Of a stretch of DNA of 64,000 nucleotides, positions 18,925 to 25,435 are shown piece by piece. Both the position numbers and the translations under genes were made by a program. The notes under the pieces are model-generated. The model saw only the letters and a list, made by a program, of their open reading frames with translations, searched no databases and was not told the DNA's origin. This DNA comes from Thermoguttaceae bacterium (GTDB lineage Bacteria; Planctomycetota; Planctomycetia; Pirellulales; Thermoguttaceae). The DNA lies in the NCBI GenBank assembly GCA_963674835.2, contig CAXXKC010000003.1:1736842-1800841 (forward strand). Direction: 5' to 3'. The first letter of the stretch is position 1; each line of letters begins with the position of its first letter.

Positions 18925-20646
18925 TCAGGTAACCACCCCGCGTTCGGTATAGTGGGTGTGGAGGAGATGGTGGCTCGTTTCCCCCAGTGGTTTGCCGAGG
19001 AATTCGGCATACAGTCGTCGGATCGATTCGTTGTGATGCGAGGTGCGAACCGGCTCGTTGGCGTCGATGGTGTAGAGGCTTTGCATTCGTGCCCGAACGG
19101 CGTCGAGATTGGCACCGATGGGCTGTCCACCGCCGTTGATGCACCCGCCGGGACAGGTCATGACTTCGATGAAATGGAGGTCGTCTCGGCCGGCACGTAC
19201 CTGATCGAGCAGGCGGGCAGCGTTGCCGAGACCGCTGACGACGGCGACGCCGAGCGTGAGATCGCCGATCGGCACGTGGGCCTCTTTGACGCCGTCGAGG
19301 CCGCGGACCGCCTGGACTTCGAGATCGCCCAACTCGCTACCGGTCACGAGGTAATAGGCCGTGCGGATGGCGGCCTCCATGACGCCGCCGCTGGCGCCGA
19401 AGAGTTTGCCGGCGGTGGTACGCTGGCCGAAGGGCGTGTCGGCCGTATCGGGCGGGAGATCGCGGAGATTGAGCCCAGCCATGCGAATGAGCGAGGCCAG
19501 TTCGCGCGTGGTGAGGACGGCGTCGACGTCGGCCACGCCGCCGCGTCCCATTTCCGGGCGCCCGGCTTCGAATTTCTTCGCGGTGCAGGGCATGATGCTG
19601 ACGCTGTAGATACGGGCGGGATCCAATCCCTCGCGTTGGGCAAAGTAGGTCTTGATGATGGCCCCCATCATCTGCTGGGGGCTCTTGCACGTAGAGAGGT
19701 TGCCCATGAAGTCGGGATACTGCGTTTCAACGAACTTGATCCAGCCGGGCGAGCAGCTGGTGAGCATGGGCAGCCGGCCGCCGCTGGTCAGCCGATGGAC
19801 CAGTTCGGAGCCCTCCTCCATGATGGTCAGATCGGCGGTGAAGCCGGTATCGAAGACGCGGTCGAAACCGAGTCGCCGCAGCGCGGCGGTCATGACGCCG
19901 ATTACGTCGGTACCCGGCGCTATGCCGAACTCCTCGCCGAGTGTGACAGAGACGGCGGGGGCGTGCTGTGCGACGACGATCTTGTTCGGATCGTTCAAGG
20001 CATCGAGCACCTCTTTGATCTGACTCTGTTCGGACAAGGCACCGGTGGGGCAGACGGCGATGCACTGTCCGCAGTTGATGCAACTGGAAACGTTGAGGCC
20101 TTCGTCGAAGGCGGTGCCAATTTTAGTTCTGGAGCCGCGGCCGATGAAGTCGATGGCCGCCACCCGCTGGACTTCCTCGCATACGCGGACGCACTTGCCG
20201 CAGAGGATGCACTTGGCGGGATCACGCACGATGGAGGGGCTGGAGGCGTCGATATGGTGGCGAGTGCGGTCACCGGCGAATCGTCGCTGGCGGACGCCCA
20301 GCTCTTCGGCCAGATCCTGCAGGCGGCAGTTGCCGTTGCGGTTGCAGTAGAGGCAATCGTCGGGGTGATTGGCCAGCAGCAGTTCGACGATCGTTTTTCG
20401 CGACTGCACGGCCCGCGGCGAGTGGGTGCGGACCTTCATGCCTTCGGCAACGGGAAAGGCACAGCTCGGCACGAGGCCGCGCTGGCCCTCGATCTCGACG
20501 ACACAGATGCGGCAGGCGCCGGTGGGGCTGAGCCCGTCGACGTGGCACAACGTGGGGACGCGGATTCCGGCCCTTCGCAGCGCGGTAAGGAGCATCTCAC
20601 CCTTTTCGGCGGCGATCGTTTGCCCATTGACTTCGATGTTGATCAT
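18925..20646 (-). CDS. hydA: [FeFe]-hydrogenase catalytic subunit HydA (multi-cluster, NuoG-like N-terminus)
   Basis: N-terminal 2Fe-2S and His-ligated cluster motifs (CRICVVEI, HPDDCLYCNRNGNC). Two ferredoxin motifs (CILCGKCVRVC, CINCGQCIAVCP). H-cluster blocks TSCSPGW (L1 variant), MPCTAKKFE (L2) and EVMTCPGGCINGGGQP (L3). Confidence 0.9.
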   Translation of the reverse strand: MINIEVNGQTIAAEKGEMLLTALRRAGIRVPTLCHVDGLSPTGACRICVVEIEGQRGLVPSCAFPVAEGMKVRTHSPRAVQSRKTIVELLLANHPDDCLYCNRNGNCRLQDLAEELGVRQRRFAGDRTRHHIDASSPSIVRDPAKCILCGKCVRVCEEVQRVAAIDFIGRGSRTKIGTAFDEGLNVSSCINCGQCIAVCPTGALSEQSQIKEVLDALNDPNKIVVAQHAPAVSVTLGEEFGIAPGTDVIGVMTAALRRLGFDRVFDTGFTADLTIMEEGSELVHRLTSGGRLPMLTSCSPGWIKFVETQYPDFMGNLSTCKSPQQMMGAIIKTYFAQREGLDPARIYSVSIMPCTAKKFEAGRPEMGRGGVADVDAVLTTRELASLIRMAGLNLRDLPPDTADTPFGQRTTAGKLFGASGGVMEAAIRTAYYLVTGSELGDLEVQAVRGLDGVKEAHVPIGDLTLGVAVVSGLGNAARLLDQVRAGRDDLHFIEVMTCPGGCINGGGQPIGANLDAVRARMQSLYTIDANEPVRTSHHNESIRRLYAEFLGKPLGETSHHLLHTHYTERGVVT

Positions 20647-20747
20647 GAATGGCTCTCGCTCTGTCGATTATCTTGCTCTTCTGGAAAGGAAGATGCAGGG
20701 TTGGGAAGCATGGTCGCTGGAGCGTCCTCGCTTCGGGCCGGGCCGAT

Positions 20748-22691
20748 CTAGTGTTTGACAACGGCGTCGAAGCGGCAGGCATCGATGCACGAGCCGCAAC
20801 CAATACATTTCTCTACGACGATGTGGTGAGGCGACTTGGCTGCGCCGACGATGGCCTCGGCCGGGCACTTCTTGACGCAGAGCGTGCAGCCGCGACATTT
20901 CTCCGGGTCGATCGAGTAGGTGACCAGTTCGGTGCAGACGGCCGCCGGGCAGGTGCGCTCGTAGATGTGGGATTCGTACTCGTCGCGGAACCACCGCAAC
21001 GTGCTGAGGACGGGATTGGGCGCGGTCTGGCCGAGCCCGCAGAGACTGGTGTCGCGAATGGTCTCGGCCAGGCTTTGCAGATGGAGGACGCTCTTGAATC
21101 GCTCGAGGGCGTCGATGCCTCGTTCCTTCTTCCGGCCCCGCGTAATGCGCTGGAGGATTTCCAGCATTCGTCGAGTGCCTTCGCGACAGGGGATGCACTT
21201 TCCGCAGCTTTCGCGTTGAATGAAGTCCATGAAGAACTTGGCCACGTCGACCATGCAGGTGTCTTCGTCCATGACGACGAGCCCGCCCGAGCCCATGATG
21301 GCGCCGACGGTCTTCAAGGATTCGTAGTCGACGTCGATATCGAGATGCTGGGCGGGGATGCAGCCGCCAGACGGGCCGCCGATTTGCACGGCCTTGTAGG
21401 TCTTGCCATTGGGGATGCCGCCGCCGATGTCGAAGACGATCTTGCGGATGGGCGTGCCCATGGCCACTTCGACGAGACCGGTGTGGGAGACCTTGCCCGA
21501 GAGGGCGAAGACCTTGGTGCCCTTGCTGGTCTTGGTTCCGAGGGCGCTGAAGCCGTCGGCCCCGATGGACATGACAGTGGGCAAGTTGGCCAGGGTTTCG
21601 ACGTTGTTGATGATTGTCGGCTTGCCGAAGAGTCCACTGACGGCGGGAAAGGGCGGGCGGGGGCGCGGCATGCCGCGACGACCTTCAATGCTGTGGATCA
21701 GGGCGGTTTCCTCGCCGCACACGAACGCGCCCGCGCCCATTTTGATGATGACGTGCAGACTGAAGTCGGTACCGAGAATGCTGTCGCCGAGAAGGTGGTT
21801 GGCCTCGGCCTGAGCAATGGCGGCCTTCAGTCGCTTGATGGCCAGCGGGTACTCGGCACGGATGTAGACGTAGGCCTTCGTGGCACCGATACCGTAGGCG
21901 GCAATGGCCATGCCTTCGACCAGCCGATGCGGATCGCTCTCGATCACGGCGCGATCCATGAAGGCGCCGGGATCGCCTTCGTCGGCGTTGCAGATGAGGT
22001 ATTTCTGATCGCCGGGCGACTGGCGGGCGAACTTCCATTTCCTACCGGTGGGAAAGCCGCCGCCACCCCGGCCGCGAAGGCCGCTTCGTTCGACAATGTC
22101 GCAGACGGCATCGGGCGTCGTTCCGTGGAGCGTGGCGACCAGGGCCTTGTAACCGCCGCGAGCAATGTACTCCTCGATTTGCGAGGGATCGATGAGACCG
22201 CAGTTGGCCAGCACCCAACGGGTTTGCGGAGCGAAGAAGGGATGTTCGTCCAAGAAGGGCACATCGGGCCAGGCAGGGACCGTATCGCTGCGATGCTGGC
22301 CGAGAACCAGGTCGTCGGGGGCCGCACTGGAGAGCGCTTCGTCGAGCAGGCGAGCAACCTTATCGGCAGTGATCTGCTTGTAGCACACGCGGGCGTGGCC
22401 GGGGAGTTGCACTTCGACGATCGGCTCGAGCGAACAGATGCCGATGCAGCCGACCATTACGACGTCGGCCTTGATTTCGTGGGTATCGAGGTACTGGTGA
22501 ATGGCGGCGAGGGTGTCGCGGGCGCCGGCGCCGAGTCCGCAGGTGCCGGCGCCGACGAAGATAGCGGGGCGAGGGACGTCGTCGCGGCGCAAATCGGCGA
22601 GCCGGCGGTGGCGTTGCTGGCGGGTGACCTCGTCGGCGGCCTCGCCGTTGACGGTCCAGGAGAGTAGCTCAGGCAGCTTCATCGCTGTCAT
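20748..22691 (-). CDS. hydB: NuoF-like flavoprotein subunit HydB of bifurcating-type hydrogenase
   Basis: GRGGGGFPTGRKWKF (FMN/NADH site) and ESCGKCIPCREG (N3-type cluster). C-terminal CRGCTLCVKKCP and CIGCGSCIDAC. Thioredoxin-like N-terminal domain. Confidence 0.9.
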   Translation of the reverse strand: MTAMKLPELLSWTVNGEAADEVTRQQRHRRLADLRRDDVPRPAIFVGAGTCGLGAGARDTLAAIHQYLDTHEIKADVVMVGCIGICSLEPIVEVQLPGHARVCYKQITADKVARLLDEALSSAAPDDLVLGQHRSDTVPAWPDVPFLDEHPFFAPQTRWVLANCGLIDPSQIEEYIARGGYKALVATLHGTTPDAVCDIVERSGLRGRGGGGFPTGRKWKFARQSPGDQKYLICNADEGDPGAFMDRAVIESDPHRLVEGMAIAAYGIGATKAYVYIRAEYPLAIKRLKAAIAQAEANHLLGDSILGTDFSLHVIIKMGAGAFVCGEETALIHSIEGRRGMPRPRPPFPAVSGLFGKPTIINNVETLANLPTVMSIGADGFSALGTKTSKGTKVFALSGKVSHTGLVEVAMGTPIRKIVFDIGGGIPNGKTYKAVQIGGPSGGCIPAQHLDIDVDYESLKTVGAIMGSGGLVVMDEDTCMVDVAKFFMDFIQRESCGKCIPCREGTRRMLEILQRITRGRKKERGIDALERFKSVLHLQSLAETIRDTSLCGLGQTAPNPVLSTLRWFRDEYESHIYERTCPAAVCTELVTYSIDPEKCRGCTLCVKKCPAEAIVGAAKSPHHIVVEKCIGCGSCIDACRFDAVVKH

Positions 22692-23160
22692 GACGCGAGT
22701 CCTTCTTGCGGTAGGAGTCGATGATTTTGGCCACGGATTTCGTCGTCACGCCGGCGTGGAAGTTGCCGTTGATGGAAATGACCGGCGCCAATCCGCAGGC
22801 GCCGATGCAGGCCACGACCTCCAGGCTGAACTGGCCGTCGCGGGTGGTTTGGCCCGGCTCGATCTTCAATTCCCGCTTGATCGCCTCCAGGATGGCAGCC
22901 GAGCCTTTGACGTGGCAGGCGGTGCCGCGGCAGACCTGGATGTGGTTGCGGCCCTGGGGCTGGAAGCGGAACTGGTTGTAGAAGGTGGCGACGCCGTAGA
23001 TTTTGCTGGCGGGAAGATTCAGGCGTTCTCCGATCCGCACGACGGCGTCTCGGGACAAGTAGCCGAACTCCTGCTGTACGTCCTGCAAGATGGGGATCAG
23101 GGCATCACGCGAAGCGTTGGGATATCGGTCAAGCAGTGTACCTAGTTCGTTTGTTGCCAC
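22669..23160 (-). CDS. hydC: NuoE-like 2Fe-2S subunit HydC
   Basis: ORF 22669..23604, trimmed to GTG 23160, which is preceded by GAGGAG. The upstream extension is Pro/Arg-rich noise. Motifs: VCRGTACHVKG...ACIGACGLAP. Overlaps the hydB start by 23 nt. Confidence 0.85.
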   Translation of the reverse strand: MATNELGTLLDRYPNASRDALIPILQDVQQEFGYLSRDAVVRIGERLNLPASKIYGVATFYNQFRFQPQGRNHIQVCRGTACHVKGSAAILEAIKRELKIEPGQTTRDGQFSLEVVACIGACGLAPVISINGNFHAGVTTKSVAKIIDSYRKKDSRHDSDEAA

Positions 23161-23214
23161 GAATCGTCTCCTCGGTAGACTTGTTGTGCTGAAATGTGGC
23201 TGGACAGGCACAGG

Positions 23215-23229
23215 GCAAACGACGTGCCG
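23215..23229 (-). promoter_or_regulatory. Sigma-54 (-24/-12) promoter for hydCBA
   Basis: The minus strand reads C-GGCACG-TCGT-TTGC-C, matching TGGCACG-N4-TTGC at every position except the first T. The -12 GC lies about 55 nt upstream of the hydC GTG. Confidence 0.65.
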
Positions 23230-23418
23230 TTTGCAGAAGTCAGTTTCGGGCCCAGAAAGTCGCGGCCGTTGCCGACAGGTTGCGAGGAAAAGGAAAGGGT
23301 GACGGGTGGGCAGCTCCTCCGCGTTTCGGCGATGGAGAACGCAGCGGGCAGGCGGAACGGACGGCGTTTTCCCGTCGATCCGGGCCCCGGCTCGGCTTGC
23401 AGGCCGGCGGTGATTGTG

Positions 23419-23444
23419 TGTATGATTTTGGTATACAGTGTATG
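23419..23444 (-). promoter_or_regulatory. Putative enhancer (UAS) site, copy 1
   Basis: The minus strand reads CATACA-c-TGTATA-ccaaaat-CATACA. This is the same 26-nt architecture as 25195..25220. It lies about 190 nt upstream of the hydC sigma-54 promoter and just upstream of the DHp/ntrC-like operon. Confidence 0.5.
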
Positions 23445-23464
23445 GAACGCGAAGGGTTCTGGAG

Positions 23465-23740
23465 ATGCCTACAACTGACGAGAATTCACCGCTGGGTTCG
23501 GAATCGCAGCGGTGCAACGCAGGTAGCGAGCGGCTGCTGGAGATCGGGCGATTCGCCGGCGACGTGGCCCACAAGATCAACAACCACCTGACCACAATTC
23601 TCACGTTCTCTCATCTGATGCGAGAGAAGTCGAACCTGGACGCGCAGGATCGCGAGGATCTGGATCTGATCATCCGGGAGGCGACGAACGCGGCGGCCCT
23701 TGCCCGCAATCTGCAAGACCGGGGTGCCGTGAATGAGTAG
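23465..23740 (+). CDS. Stand-alone histidine-kinase DHp (H-box) domain protein, no sensor or ATPase domain
   Basis: SERLLEIGRFAGDVAHKINNHLTTILTFSHLMREK..REDLDLIIREA aligns along both helices with the DHp of the HydS-kinase ([46 protein letters not shown]). About 91 aa from ATG 23465 (AAGGG 8 nt upstream); GTG 23438 is the alternative start. Its stop overlaps the next gene's ATG (ATGAGTAG). Confidence 0.6.
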   Translation: MPTTDENSPLGSESQRCNAGSERLLEIGRFAGDVAHKINNHLTTILTFSHLMREKSNLDAQDREDLDLIIREATNAAALARNLQDRGAVNE

Positions 23741-25160
23741 AGATGCGGCCAAACGGGAGATCGCGGAAGCGGCTCTGCGGATTCTCGTGATCGACGACGA
23801 TCCGGGAATTGGGCTGAGCTGCCAGAGGACCCTGGAGTCGGAAGGGCACGAGGTTCGGCATTGCCTAGTGCCGGAGGTCGGTCTGCAGGCCGCGTTGACG
23901 GGCGATTTTGACATTATTCTGCTGGACTTGCAGATGCCCGGGCTGAACGGGCTGGAGATTCTGCGCGAGCTGAAGTCGGCGGCTGTGCCTTCGGAAGTGA
24001 TCATGATCACGGGCCATGCGACCGTTGAATCGGCGGTCGAAGCGATGAAGCAAGGTGCGCAGGACTTTGTGAGCAAGCCGTTCTCGCCGGATCAGTTGAA
24101 GATGGCCGTCCGCCGGGCCGCGGAACACTCGCGGCTGATCAGCGAGAATGTGGCGCTGCGGCAGGAGCTGGAGATTCACCAGGGTTTTGAGGGGATCATC
24201 GGCGAAAGCCGGCCGATGGAGCGGGTTTTCGCCCTGGCGCGGCGCGTGGCGCCGACTGAGGGAACGGTGCTGCTGATCGGCGAAAGCGGCACGGGAAAAG
24301 AGGTGTTCGTGCGGGCGATTCACCGGCTGAGCCGGCGCAACGACCACCCGCTTCTGGCGTGCGACTGCAGCGCACTGGCGCCGACGCTGCTGGAGAGCGA
24401 GCTGTTCGGCCATATGAAAGGCTCGTTCAGCGGAGCCATCGTGACGAAGCAGGGGCTGTTCGAGGCGGCGCACGGCGGCACGCTTTTTCTGGATGAAATT
24501 GGCAATTTGAGCATGGAAATCCAGGGGAAACTGCTGCGGGTGCTCGAAACGAAGCGGGTAAAAAAGGTGGGCGACACGGCGGAGCGCGAGGTGGATATCC
24601 GCCTGATCTCGGCCACGAACCGCGACTTGATCGAGATGGTTCGCGAGGGGGATTTTCGAGAGGACCTGTACTATCGACTGAACGTCGTTCCCGTCTATTT
24701 GCCGCCGCTTCGGGAGCGGTCGGGCGATATCCCCCTTCTGGCGATATCCTTCCTCGACCGGTTCTGTAAGAAGAACCACGCGGCCGTGAAGGGTTTTTCG
24801 CCCGATGCGATGAGCTTGATGGAAGGGTACGCGTGGCCGGGCAACGTCCGCGAACTGCGGAACATCGTGGAGCGGCTGGCCATTCTGTGCGATCACGAGC
24901 GGATCGAGCCGCGCCATCTTCCGGCCGAGATTCGCCAAGCCCAGGTGGGCATCACGCCGGGGACGCCGCTGCCGCGCACGTGGGAGGAGTTCAAGCGGTT
25001 GAAGCAACAGATCCGCGAGTCGACCGTACAGCAATTGGAGCGGCGGTTTCTGGTCGCCTCGTTGGAGCGTTGCGAGGGCAACGTGAGCCGCACCGCCGAA
25101 GAGATCGGCATCCAGCGGACCAATCTGCATGCCCTAATGCGGAAACACGGCCTGACCTAG
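23733..25160 (+). CDS. NtrC-family sigma-54-dependent response regulator (REC-AAA+-Fis HTH)
   Basis: REC (ILVIDDDPG..IILLDLQMPGLNG..FVSKPF). AAA+ Walker A GESGTGKE. ESELFGHMKGSFSGA is a GAFTGA-loop variant. GNVRELRN is present. C-terminal HTH SRTAEEIGIQRTNLHALMRKHGL. Confidence 0.9.
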   Translation: MSRDAAKREIAEAALRILVIDDDPGIGLSCQRTLESEGHEVRHCLVPEVGLQAALTGDFDIILLDLQMPGLNGLEILRELKSAAVPSEVIMITGHATVESAVEAMKQGAQDFVSKPFSPDQLKMAVRRAAEHSRLISENVALRQELEIHQGFEGIIGESRPMERVFALARRVAPTEGTVLLIGESGTGKEVFVRAIHRLSRRNDHPLLACDCSALAPTLLESELFGHMKGSFSGAIVTKQGLFEAAHGGTLFLDEIGNLSMEIQGKLLRVLETKRVKKVGDTAEREVDIRLISATNRDLIEMVREGDFREDLYYRLNVVPVYLPPLRERSGDIPLLAISFLDRFCKKNHAAVKGFSPDAMSLMEGYAWPGNVRELRNIVERLAILCDHERIEPRHLPAEIRQAQVGITPGTPLPRTWEEFKRLKQQIRESTVQQLERRFLVASLERCEGNVSRTAEEIGIQRTNLHALMRKHGLT

Positions 25161-25194
25161 TGCGTGTCACCATCGGTCGGCGTTCTACAGGCCG

Positions 25195-25220
25195 CATACA
25201 GTGTATGTTCGCTGCATACA
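25195..25220 (+). promoter_or_regulatory. Putative enhancer (UAS) site, copy 2
   Basis: CATACA-g-TGTATG-ttcgctg-CATACA, with a perfect 13-bp palindrome CATACAgTGTATG. It lies 119 nt upstream of the GG of the 25338 sigma-54 promoter. Confidence 0.5.
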
Positions 25221-25337
25221 CGAGAACGGGCTCGATGTGCGTGGGGCAGCGATGTTGCGCGGGGTGGAAGGCGTGTTTGGGCCGTCGTAGGGCGGGATTG
25301 TTGGGGGCGAGCGGGCGTTGCTGAAGACATCCTTGTT

Positions 25338-25352
25338 TGGCACGCGTGTTGC
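25338..25352 (+). promoter_or_regulatory. Sigma-54 (-24/-12) promoter for the REC-GcvH-like/hdr/flx operon
   Basis: TGGCACG-CGTG-TTGC is a full match to TGGCACG-N4-TTGC. It lies 84 nt upstream of ATG 25436. Confidence 0.75.
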
Positions 25353-25435
25353 GTCAGGTCCGATCGACGCGAGTTGGGACACGCTCGAATGTCTCGATTG
25401 CAGAGTGCCATCTTGCCAAACGAGGGACATTACTC

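Noticed and set aside
18913-22667. Two long plus-strand ORFs (18913..20751 and 20649..22667)
   Set aside because: They are exactly antisense to hydA and hydB, whose translations carry unambiguous cofactor motifs. The antisense products are Gly/Ala/Asp-rich with no motifs.
23431-23446. TGGTATACAGTGTATGG considered as a sigma-54 -24/-12 element
   Set aside because: It has a GG but no GC at the -12 spacing. It is better explained as the palindromic enhancer-type site shared with 25195..25220.
23161-23604. Upstream extension of the hydC ORF (to 311 aa)
   Set aside because: The extension is Pro/Arg/Ser-rich and would run through the sigma-54 promoter. NuoE-like homology starts at GTG 23160, which has a GAGGAG Shine-Dalgarno sequence.
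25337-25435. Upstream extension of the REC-GcvH-like ORF
   Set aside because: It would start inside the TGGCACG-N4-TTGC promoter. The receiver domain begins right after ATG 25436, which has an upstream GAGGGA.
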